This document shows positions 20,368 to 30,565 of a DNA stretch of 64,000 bases, piece after piece. Source of the stretch: an uncultured delta proteobacterium. GTDB lineage: Bacteria > Desulfobacterota > Binatia > UBA9968. Position numbers and translations under genes: made by a program. The stretch spans positions 352,001-416,000 of the forward strand of contig CAWDPO010000017.1 of assembly GCA_963804165.1 (NCBI GenBank), written 5' to 3'. The notes below the pieces were generated by a model. It had not been told where the DNA came from. It did no database searches and worked only from the letters and a program-made list of their open reading frames with translations. The first letter of the stretch is position 1, and each line of letters opens with the position of its first letter.

Positions 20368-21519
20368 ATGAAGGAGATCTATTCGTTGAATACGCCGAAG
20401 TCAAAGAGTTACGTTTATGTTCGCGAACGCGCTGCGATGGAAGCGCTGATCAAGCGCATCGGCGCGGCTGAAAGGGTCGCGCTGGACACCGAGGCTGACA
20501 GTCTCCACAACTACTTCGAAAAGGTTTGTTTGATCCAACTCTCGCTGGGAGAGCAGCACTATCTCGTCGACCCTCTCGCAGGTCTGGACCTGAGCGGATT
20601 CTTGGAAGCGTTGGCCGGGAAGCCGCTGATTCTGCACGGAGGCGACTTCGATCTACGCATGCTGCGAACGTCTCTGGGTTTCAGAGCGCGGGGTGAAGTT
20701 TTCGACACCATGATTGCCGCGCAATTGCTCGGCATCGAACAGATCGGGCTGGCTGCGCTCATCGAGCGATTCTTGGGAGTCACGATTGAAAAAACAGGGC
20801 AGAAGTCCGACTGGTCGCGCCGACCGCTGAGCGAGAAGCAGCTCAGCTACGCGGTCAACGACACGCGTTTTCTCGAGCCGCTTGCCGACTGTTTGGCTCG
20901 CGAGCTGAGCGAACGGGGCCGACTCGAATGGCAGGTGGAAAGTTGCCGAGCGATGGTGGAGTCGACCGGCCGTGATAAGTCACGCGATCCCGACGATGCT
21001 TGGCGAATCAGCGGGGCCGGGCGGCTGACCCGCCGCCAGCTGGCCTATCTGCGAGAACTCTGGCATTGGCGCGATGAGCACGCCAGGCGCGCGAACCAGC
21101 CGCCTTTCAAGGTCTTTAGCAATCAACAAATATTGGAACTCATCACGTGGGCGGAGTCTCACCCTGGCGCACCGCTGCAACATGGACCTAAGTTGCCGCG
21201 AAATGTCCGCGGCTCATTGCTGACAACACTCGAGGAAGCGCTCGCGCGGGCGACTGGAATGTCTCAGGCGCAGTGGCCGGAGCTGAGACGACGCGAACGC
21301 CCTGAGCCTCTAAGCGACGAGTGCTTGGAGCGGATCGACGCGCTGCGGGATGAATGCGCTCGCGTCGCCAAAGAGCTGGGCATCGCCGCTTCGACTTTGG
21401 CGCCCAAAGCCGCGCTCGAGGCCATCGCCCTGAGCCGGCCTCGGACCGTCGATGAGATTATGAAAAGCGGCGGACTGTTGCGCTGGCAGGCGCAACTTGT
21501 GCAAGAGCATGGGATTTAA
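20368..21519 (+). CDS. rnd: Ribonuclease D (3'-5' exonuclease plus HRDC)
   Basis: ALDTEADS, VCLIQ, DWSRRPLS..QLSYA..D, HRDC region WRDEHARRAN. Confidence 0.9.
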   Translation: MKEIYSLNTPKSKSYVYVRERAAMEALIKRIGAAERVALDTEADSLHNYFEKVCLIQLSLGEQHYLVDPLAGLDLSGFLEALAGKPLILHGGDFDLRMLRTSLGFRARGEVFDTMIAAQLLGIEQIGLAALIERFLGVTIEKTGQKSDWSRRPLSEKQLSYAVNDTRFLEPLADCLARELSERGRLEWQVESCRAMVESTGRDKSRDPDDAWRISGAGRLTRRQLAYLRELWHWRDEHARRANQPPFKVFSNQQILELITWAESHPGAPLQHGPKLPRNVRGSLLTTLEEALARATGMSQAQWPELRRRERPEPLSDECLERIDALRDECARVAKELGIAASTLAPKAALEAIALSRPRTVDEIMKSGGLLRWQAQLVQEHGI

Positions 21520-21531
21520 AGGAGTCGGACG

Positions 21532-21573
21532 GTTCCAGTCGTTCCAAACGTTCAAAACGTTCCAGTCGTTTAA
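21532..21573. repeat. GTTC 9-nt tandem array
   Basis: gttccagtc gttccaaac gttcaaaac gttccagtc gttt. Confidence 0.8.
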
Positions 21574-21757
21574 GAATAGCCGGCGCGACCGGCTCAAGAT
21601 TTTCGTGTCTAAGCGAATTGCGATGGAGTTTACTGGTACGTCGTCTACGGTAGGAAGTCCGAACCGACGCATACGCAAGAGTTGCTTCGCGGATTGTCCC
21701 TAAATGTCTCTATCAGGGATGGTTGAAATCCCTCGCGTTCAGGCGAAATGAAAGTTC

Positions 21758-21866
21758 GTCATGCCGGCCCTTCAGCGCTGCTCAGGGTAAATTCCCAACC
21801 GGCATCCAGTTTCAATTTCAGTTCAAGCTCGAAACCCGCTTAGGTTCCGGCTTTCGCCGGAATGAC
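21758..21866. repeat. REP-like palindromic element, GTCATnCCGG...CCGGAATGAC type
   Basis: gtcatgccgg ... ccggcatccag ... ttccggctttcgccggaatgac. Confidence 0.75.
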
Positions 21867-21975
21867 AGAACCCCTCGGCTTGGAGCCGGGGGCCGTTCGG
21901 TTGATTTGCTTAGAAAACAACGCCCGTCTCTAAAACTTGCTCCTAAGAAATGCGGCGGCGTTTTCAATTGGTTCA

Positions 21976-23073
21976 TCATATCCCGTAAAACTGCCTCGGA
22001 TTGTCACACAAAATCTTTTCCACGAGGCTCGGCGGCACATCTTCTCGCGCTCTCATCTGCGTCACCAGATGAGTTTGTTCCGCAGGATCGTTGTGGCCGT
22101 AGTCGGAGCCGGTAAGCAGGTGGCCTTCGCCGGTGTATTGGATTAGGTAGGGAATATCTTCATCAGCCTCACAGGCGACGAAGAAACGGCAATCATCGAA
22201 AAGATCGGCCGGGGATTGCCATGATGCTTTCCAGCGCTTGCTGTTATCGCGCCGTAGCTTGTGGATCAAGAACGGTATCCAACTGGCGGAGGCTTCGATG
22301 AAGCCAAAGCGCAGTTTCGGAAACATGTCGGGAATCTGATTCAGCACGAGATCGCGAAACGCGTATAGGGGCGGGAAGCCGGAGTGAGACCATTGCCGAT
22401 TGCGTTCCAGATCGAACATCGCGGTGAGAGCCGGTGTGCCGGAGCCGGTGTGAATGCAGATCGGTAGATCGAGATCCATCGCCGTTTGATAGACTGGGAA
22501 AAAGTATGGGTTGTCCAACGTCAAGTTGCCTTCCATGCCGCGGAAGAATACGCCGACGGCGCCGTTTTGTTTAGCCCACTTCAACTCCTTCACGGATTCC
22601 TCGATGCAGCGCAGCGGCGGGATCGCCACCCAGTGGATGCGGTCGTGACTCTGCGCGCAAGCTTGCGCCATGAAGCGGTTATAGGCGCGGCTCAACGCTA
22701 CGTCGAGGTCGGCGTCGTCGGTGAGATAGATCAGGAACAAAGTCGGATAAACGACCTGAGCCGCGATGCCGCCGCGATCCATATCGGCAAGCCGGGCCGC
22801 TACGTCGGTCAGCTCTCTGCACGCGACCTGAATGTCTTTTCTGTTCGACTGGATCTTCGATGCCGATGGGGTGACGAGACGGAAGCCGCCTTTGCCGACC
22901 GGCTTGGGGAAAATATTGCCGTCGATGAGCCACGTCGCATTCCAGCCGCCGTATAAAGTATCGTCCGGCAGAGACAGCAAAACGGGCCTGCGCGGATACA
23001 TTTTTTCGTCGATCATCTGCCACATGGCTTCCGATTCGGCGATGTGGGTGTCAGAATCGATAACGGGTTGCAT
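21976..23073 (-). CDS. Amidohydrolase family protein
   Basis: IDSDTH, LPICIH, GSDYGHNDP. Confidence 0.9.
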   Translation of the reverse strand: MQPVIDSDTHIAESEAMWQMIDEKMYPRRPVLLSLPDDTLYGGWNATWLIDGNIFPKPVGKGGFRLVTPSASKIQSNRKDIQVACRELTDVAARLADMDRGGIAAQVVYPTLFLIYLTDDADLDVALSRAYNRFMAQACAQSHDRIHWVAIPPLRCIEESVKELKWAKQNGAVGVFFRGMEGNLTLDNPYFFPVYQTAMDLDLPICIHTGSGTPALTAMFDLERNRQWSHSGFPPLYAFRDLVLNQIPDMFPKLRFGFIEASASWIPFLIHKLRRDNSKRWKASWQSPADLFDDCRFFVACEADEDIPYLIQYTGEGHLLTGSDYGHNDPAEQTHLVTQMRAREDVPPSLVEKILCDNPRQFYGI

Positions 23074-23135
23074 ATTCTAATCCTTTCATTTGGAAGCGTG
23101 TTTATATCACACGTCTGCTGTGCGGTGGGGGCTCT

Positions 23136-23270
23136 CTTCCCCTTGGCAGACCGTGTCTTGATTCGCACGATCATACTGACGTCATGCTGATCCTTCGCCG
23201 GAGTTTATCCTGAAGCAAGGTCGAAGGGGCTCAGAATGACATTAAGTCGCGCCTCCCGCGGGGGAGAAGG
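23136..23270. repeat. Nested palindromic repeat cluster
   Basis: cttcccc ... [gtcatgctga [ccttcg...cgaagg] gctcagaatgac] ... ggggagaag. Confidence 0.7.
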
Positions 23271-23644
23271 TAAAAAACCAGCTCGGACGCAACATCAAGA
23301 CTGACTCCGACGTTATGGCAGAAAACTTAGATCGACAAGCTGCGAGATCGTGAGATTTTTCGCTTTAGGATTCTCCTTCGCTATGTTGCAAGGATGCCGG
23401 TATTCTGAAACAGCATCAACTGGATGCCGAAGTGATCTTCATTCGCCGGCGGCACACTAGCGATGCAGGCGCTGGTCGGGCGAAGTCTGTAAAAGAGATT
23501 CTCGCTGCGGTTACGAAAGCTAGAGCTAAAACAATTGCCCGGACCTGTCAACGAGAAATCGTCGGCCGGTAAGGTTGCAGCCAAACGATGAGTTTGCCTA
23601 TATAGGAACGTTCAAGTCTCGCGCTTGTTAGGAGGATTAGGTTC

Positions 23645-24208
23645 ATGGCGACGATCAAATTTCTCGATCCGAGAGTGACGATCAATCCCAAAGACCGGCC
23701 GCTGGTGCCGGGTCTGGATACGCTCGAAGGGAAAGTTGTCGGCATCATCGATAACGGGCAGGCCAACTCGACGACGATGTTTCAAGAACTCGCGCAACTG
23801 ATGCAAGAACAATTTCATACCAAAGAAGTTCTGTTCAAGACCAAACCGACGCACATGCAGGGAGCGCCGAAACCGATCATGGAGGAAATCTTAAGCCGGT
23901 GTGACGCAGTGATCACCGGTTTAGGCGCCTGAGGGTCGTGCACGTCGTGGAGTGTCCACGACGCCATCGAATTGCAAGAGAAAGGAAAGCCGACGGTAAC
24001 GCTGTGCCAGTCGATCTTCATGGAGCTGGCGCGCACCGAGGCGAAGTTTTTCGGCATTGTTAAATTGCCTCTGGTTGAAATCCCGCATCATCCCAGCGGC
24101 GGCGCGCGGCCTGGCGAACACCGGGCGGATGCCGAGGGCGCGATTAGTCTAGTTAATGAGCAGTTGACGTTGGGAGGGGATGGGTTGAAGAAGACGCGGG
24201 CGGGGTGA
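23645..24208 (+). CDS. UGSC-family selenoprotein, UGA read-through at 23930-23932
   Basis: ORFs 23645-23932 and 23972-24208 are in frame, giving GLGA-U-GSCTSWSVHD; paralog of 10047. Confidence 0.88.
23943..23963 (+). promoter_or_regulatory. Putative bacterial SECIS hairpin
   Basis: cgtcgtgga-gtg-tccacgacg; same sequence and spacing as at 10343. Confidence 0.8.
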
Positions 24209-24270
24209 CGGGGAAAACGTGTTGCAAATTTGCAATGTGTGATTGAGTTTGTGTGTCTTGAGTAGGCGAT

Positions 24271-24678
24271 TCCTTTCCCCCTTGCGGGGAAAGGAAAGGA
24301 TAGGGGGTATGAACGCAAATAGAACGCGAGCTCGCCAGCTGCGGAAAAACCTAAGCAAAGCCGAACGATTGCTCTGGCGAAGATTACGGTTCTGGCAAGT
24401 AGACGGCTTCAAATTTCGTCGCCAACAGCCTTTGGGAAACTATATTGTTGATTTTGTCTCTTTGGAAAGACGATTGATCATTGAAGTGGACGGCGGACAG
24501 CATGCTGAAGATATGAATTATGATACCGACCGTGATGCTTGGCTACGTAATCAAGGTTTCGTGATTCTAAGATTCTGGAATAACGATGTGTTGAAGAACA
24601 TAGACGGCGTAGTGGAAGTGATTGCCAAGAATTTACAAAATACCCCCTTCCTCATTCCTTCCCCGCAAGGGGGAAGGA
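24271..24678. mobile_element. DUF559 gene bracketed by ~38-bp imperfect inverted palindromic repeats
   Basis: Left tcctttcccccttgcggggaaaggaaaggatagggggta (24271-24309); right tacccccttcctcattccttccccgcaagggggaagga (24641-24678). Confidence 0.65.
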
Positions 24679-24722
24679 GGTTAAGAACGAGGAGAAATGC
24701 CTCGTCGCCCTCTCGTCTTTAA
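24309..24722 (+). CDS. DUF559 / Vsr-like endonuclease domain protein
   Basis: ARQLRKN, KFRRQQP, YIVDF, IIEVDGGQH, RDAWL, LRFWNNDV. Confidence 0.92.
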   Translation: MNANRTRARQLRKNLSKAERLLWRRLRFWQVDGFKFRRQQPLGNYIVDFVSLERRLIIEVDGGQHAEDMNYDTDRDAWLRNQGFVILRFWNNDVLKNIDGVVEVIAKNLQNTPFLIPSPQGGRRLRTRRNASSPSRL

Positions 24723-24746
24723 ATGTGTGACTTGGAGCGTTCCATA

Positions 24747-25814
24747 ATGAAAACTCTCACCTCAAACCTCATCGAAGTCGAAGATAGCTGGGAAGCGGTC
24801 AATGACTGGTTCTGCAACGAAAAACTGAGCGACGGGTTGCCGATCGTGCCGCCGACGCCGGAGCGGGTCGAGAAAATGCTCGGCGCGACGGCGCGCGATC
24901 CGCAGGAAATCATCGGGCCGATACCGCCGAAGTGGGCGCCGTGCTCGATCGAGAAGATCGCGATCAATGCGGTCATGGCCGGATGCCTGCCGGAATATCT
25001 GCCGGTGATTGTCGCCGCAGTCGAAGCGATCTGCGAGCCGCGCTTCAATCTTTACGGCGTGCAGGCGACGACGGGATATGTCGGACCCGCGCTGCTGCTC
25101 AACGGTCCGATCAGAAAGCAGCTCAACGTCAATTGCGACTCGGGTGTATTCGGTCCCGGCTTTCGCTCCAACGCGACCATCGGCCGCGCCATGCGATTGA
25201 TTCTAATTACCGTCGGTGGCGGCTATCCGGGCGACACGGATCGATCGACGTTTGGCTGGCCGGGCAAGTACACGATGTGCTTCGGCGAAAATCAGGAGAA
25301 AAGTCCCTGGGAGCCGTACCACGTCGAATTCGGCTTTAAACCCGACGAAAGCGCCGTCACGGTGTTCGGCATCAACGGCTTTCTACCGATTCACACCGCC
25401 GGCAATCGCGGCGAGCAGGCGCTCTCGTCATTGGCAGAAGTAATCAAGATGCATCACGGCGTGAGCCATCTCGACGTCGGCAGCTTCGGCGGCGGCACGC
25501 CGCTGATCGCGCTCGGCATCGAAGACGCGGAAATCATGGCGCGTGACGGCATTACCAAGAAACAGGTCAAAGATTATTTGTGGGAGCATGCGTCGCTCAA
25601 GTTCTCCGAGATTCCTGCGCGCCGCAAAGGGCACAAGAGCGACGACGAGTTATTAAAAGACGCGCCGCACGTCACGCCCGATATGGTTGTCCATCTCTCA
25701 TCGAAGCCGGAAGACATCATGGTGATTGTCGTCGGCGGCAAGCACCGGCATTCCGTCTTCCTACCGATGTGGACGGGGCGCAATACGCTGTGTGTGATAA
25801 AGCCAATTCGATAG
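24747..25814 (+). CDS. Conserved hypothetical protein, UGSC-selenoprotein partner
   Basis: DGLPIVPPT, KIAINAVMAGC, NATIGRA, ENQEKSPW. Confidence 0.85.
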   Translation: MKTLTSNLIEVEDSWEAVNDWFCNEKLSDGLPIVPPTPERVEKMLGATARDPQEIIGPIPPKWAPCSIEKIAINAVMAGCLPEYLPVIVAAVEAICEPRFNLYGVQATTGYVGPALLLNGPIRKQLNVNCDSGVFGPGFRSNATIGRAMRLILITVGGGYPGDTDRSTFGWPGKYTMCFGENQEKSPWEPYHVEFGFKPDESAVTVFGINGFLPIHTAGNRGEQALSSLAEVIKMHHGVSHLDVGSFGGGTPLIALGIEDAEIMARDGITKKQVKDYLWEHASLKFSEIPARRKGHKSDDELLKDAPHVTPDMVVHLSSKPEDIMVIVVGGKHRHSVFLPMWTGRNTLCVIKPIR

Positions 25815-25818
25815 TAAT

Positions 25819-25846
25819 TGGAGTACTGAAGTGATGGAGTAATGGG
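25819..25846. repeat. TGGAGT 8-nt tandem array
   Basis: tggagtac tgaagtga tggagtaa tggg. Confidence 0.65.
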
Positions 25847-25849
25847 AGG

Positions 25850-26866
25850 ATGGTGCTTTCGGTCATGAGAATCGAGGATGCAGGCTCGAGGATCGGTCGA
25901 GCCGCGGCGATCTTCATGCTTGCGTTTGTGTTAGCAACCCCTTGCGTGGCACAGGAGAAATTTCGCTTTCCCATCGGCGAGTCTTCGAAGACGTTAAGTT
26001 ACGGCCCGCTTTGGGTTGCCGGGAAAATGGGTTTCTTTGACAAGGAAGGCTTGGAGGTGCCGATCGTCACCATGCGCGGATCGCCGTTGACAATTCAAGC
26101 GCTGACCGCCGATTCGATCTACGTCGCCAACGCGACGGTGGATACTCTTATCAGCGCTTACGAGCGGGGCGCGGATATCACTATGATCGGCGGCCTGATC
26201 AACGGTCTCGGTTTGAGCATGATCGGCGGCAAGCCGTACAAGACCTACGCCGACCTGCGCGGCACAACCATCGGCACGCAGACGCTGACCTCCGGCACCG
26301 GCTTCGCTTTGCGCCTGGTGCTGAAGGTCCACGGCATGGAATATCCGCGCGATTACAAGTTGCTCAACATCGGCGGCGCAGCCGATCGCTATCAGGCATT
26401 AACCTCAGGCCAAATTTCCTCGGCGCCCGTTGGCGTGCCCCTCGATCTCGTCGCCAAGCAGCAAGGATTCAACATCATCGGTTACTTCGCCGATGATCAG
26501 CCCAATTTTCAGTTCAACGTCTACATCGTCAAACGCTCCTGGGCCGAAAGAAACCGGCCGCTGGTCGTGCGCTTTATGAAAGCGATGGTCTCGACGATGC
26601 GCTGGATGATGGACAATACCGAGACTGCCTGCGCTTATTTATCGAAGGAAATGGCGATCAGCGTAGAGCACTGCCGTTACGCTTCCGACTATAACTGGAA
26701 AAGCCGCATCTGGGACCGCAACGCCGAATTGAACCAGGAAGGCGTGCGCACGTTGATCAAAATCACTGCCGAGCAAGGCATTCTCAAGGAGCCGTTGCCG
26801 CAGCCGGCGAAGTACATCGATCAGAGTTTTCTCAAGCAGGCGCTGGCGGAAATTGGTAAGAGGTAA
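25850..26866 (+). CDS. ABC substrate-binding protein, NMT1/SsuA-like
   Basis: Signal peptide; PLWVA..GFFDKEGL; paralog of 45358. Confidence 0.9.
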   Translation: MVLSVMRIEDAGSRIGRAAAIFMLAFVLATPCVAQEKFRFPIGESSKTLSYGPLWVAGKMGFFDKEGLEVPIVTMRGSPLTIQALTADSIYVANATVDTLISAYERGADITMIGGLINGLGLSMIGGKPYKTYADLRGTTIGTQTLTSGTGFALRLVLKVHGMEYPRDYKLLNIGGAADRYQALTSGQISSAPVGVPLDLVAKQQGFNIIGYFADDQPNFQFNVYIVKRSWAERNRPLVVRFMKAMVSTMRWMMDNTETACAYLSKEMAISVEHCRYASDYNWKSRIWDRNAELNQEGVRTLIKITAEQGILKEPLPQPAKYIDQSFLKQALAEIGKR

Positions 26867-26896
26867 GGGGTGAAGCGTCAGGAATAAGGAGATTTG

Positions 26897-27898
26897 ATGA
26901 AATCGCGCGGCATTATTGCAGGAATGATACTGTTGATCGCTTTGATGTTCGTGTGGCGACCGGCGACGGCTCAAGACAAAATCAGAATGGGTCTCAGCTC
27001 GGTGAGCGGGCTTCACAGTGCGGTGTGGGTTGCGGAACAGAAGGGCTTGTTTCGTAAGCATGGAATCGACGCTGAAGTCATCGTGACTGGTCAGGGCGGC
27101 ACGGCGGGAATCAGCGCGCTGCTCGCCAACGATATCCAGATGGTGAACTCTGCGGGCGATGTTCTGGTAGCCGCGGCGTTGCGTGGCGGCGATACCGTGA
27201 TGGTCGCAAGTGTGGTCAACAAGGGGCTGCAGAGGCTCGTGACAAAGCCGGACATAAAAACCCCCGCAGATCTCAAGGGCAAACGGATCGGCGTCACGCG
27301 GATCGGCGCGGTTTCTCACTCCGTTCTGCTCATGATGCTACAGCGTTGGAAGATGACTGTGAATGATATTCAGGTGCTGCAACTCGGTTCATCGCCGAAT
27401 ATGTTGGCAAGCCTCGATAAAGGCGGCGTCGAAGGAGGCGTGCTGACAATTCCGTCGATGTTTGTGGCCGAAGATCGGGGTTATCGAGTGTTGTTGGATA
27501 TGGCAGATACCGACATTTACTATCTTCACACAATGGTCGCGACGACGCGGCAGTACATCAAAAACAATCGCGATAAGGTTTCAAGATTTCTCAAGGGGTA
27601 CGTCGAAGGGATTGCGTTCGTGAAGCAAAACAAGAAGGAAAGCTTGGAGATCGTCAAGAAAAAGCTTCGCATCGGCCCTGAACAGGAAAGAAATTTAGAA
27701 CGGTCTATCGATTTATTGATCGCAAAATACTACGAGAACGCTCCTTATCCCTCGCTGCGCGGCGTCGAGACCGTGCTCGGCTTCGTCGAAAAAGATAACC
27801 CCAAGGCAAAGGGCGCGGATCCAAAATCATTCGTCGATGACAGTTTGCTGCGCGAAATCGATCAGAGTGGTTTTATCAAAAAACTCTACGAACGTTAG
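26897..27898 (+). CDS. ABC substrate-binding protein, NMT1/SsuA-like
   Basis: DLKGKRIGVTRIG; EIDQSGFIKKLY. Confidence 0.9.
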   Translation: MKSRGIIAGMILLIALMFVWRPATAQDKIRMGLSSVSGLHSAVWVAEQKGLFRKHGIDAEVIVTGQGGTAGISALLANDIQMVNSAGDVLVAAALRGGDTVMVASVVNKGLQRLVTKPDIKTPADLKGKRIGVTRIGAVSHSVLLMMLQRWKMTVNDIQVLQLGSSPNMLASLDKGGVEGGVLTIPSMFVAEDRGYRVLLDMADTDIYYLHTMVATTRQYIKNNRDKVSRFLKGYVEGIAFVKQNKKESLEIVKKKLRIGPEQERNLERSIDLLIAKYYENAPYPSLRGVETVLGFVEKDNPKAKGADPKSFVDDSLLREIDQSGFIKKLYER

Positions 27899-28310
27899 AT
27901 CGTGAGTCGGATCGACCGCCGATCGGCGAATTCATCACATCTCCCAGTAGGTCGCTGCGGCGATCGAGCTTTAAGTTGTTTGCTGACAACTCGCGGTTTC
28001 TCCAGAAAAAATTGACAGGCGAACCTTCACGTCAGCGGTATTTGCGCCCTACGCCGGCTTCTCTTATTTCCAGGCAAATTTCTGTGTTCCGCCGTAGTGT
28101 GTTGATTTTGGGCAGATCCACGGCGATTACAGCCGTCAGCGATCGGATAGGTATTTCTCCATTCGTACACTTTTGGACGTATTTCACTTAACCCACCTCA
28201 ACATATTAAGTTGGCAAATTAAGGCATTTTTAGCAATCCTTTTCCGCAGCGCCGCAATCACAGAGACACTGTTTCGGCAATCAATTCCGTTACTCGCTTA
28301 AAGGCCACGG

Positions 28311-28326
28311 TGGTACAAAAAATGCT
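28311..28326 (+). promoter_or_regulatory. Possible sigma54 (-24/-12) promoter
   Basis: TGGTACAAAAAATGCT, GG-N10-GC, upstream of the signalling cluster. Confidence 0.45.
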
Positions 28327-28459
28327 CGGATATCTGAGGCCATTCCGCGAACTATCGCGGCTTTGATCGACGCGCTCACACAGCGCTTTTGATGGCGCGT
28401 TGTAATTTAGCAAACCGATGTAATTAAAGAAGTTATTAGCGAAGGGCGATTACTCTCTA

Positions 28460-29968
<1,509 letters not shown>

Positions 29969-30169
29969 TGAAAAGATTTGGGATTGGGAAATGAAACTCG
30001 AGCCATTGATCACATATTGGCGTGGGCAGTTTGCGGACGAAGAGCGACGCTATGCCTGGCTCACGGTCATTCCGGTAATGCAGCTCCGCGCAGGCGTCGG
30101 TGCCGCAAACGGAGTGGTCCTATGGTTTTCGCAAAAGTCTCAGCACGTTTGAGAGGAGCGAGGTAAATC

Positions 30170-30541
30170 ATGGCAGACAAATCGATTCTGATCGTTGACG
30201 ACAATCCGGTGAACTCAAAACTCATCCGTGTCTTGTTGGCCGGAGAGGGATATGAAGTTCACACCGCGGCAGATGCCGAGGCGGCAATACGGGTCTTAGG
30301 GGGACTAAATCCGGATTTGATCCTAATGGATGTACAACTTCCGGGAATCGATGGTCTTGAATTGACCCGGCGGCTAAAGGCGGATCCGGCAACTCGGGGA
30401 ATCAAGATTCTCGGATTGACCGCGTATGCGATGAAAGGGGACAAGGAAAAAATATTGGCGGCCGGCTGTGACGGCTACATCGCGAAACCCATTGACACAC
30501 GCACATTGCCCAAGGTGATCGAGCACTATTTGGAAAGATGA
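30170..30541 (+). CDS. Single-domain response regulator (DivK/CheY-like)
   Basis: ILIVDDN, LILMDVQLPG, GYIAKP. Confidence 0.95.
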   Translation: MADKSILIVDDNPVNSKLIRVLLAGEGYEVHTAADAEAAIRVLGGLNPDLILMDVQLPGIDGLELTRRLKADPATRGIKILGLTAYAMKGDKEKILAAGCDGYIAKPIDTRTLPKVIEHYLER

Positions 30542-30565
30542 CGGGAGGGAAATCGAGAGAATACC

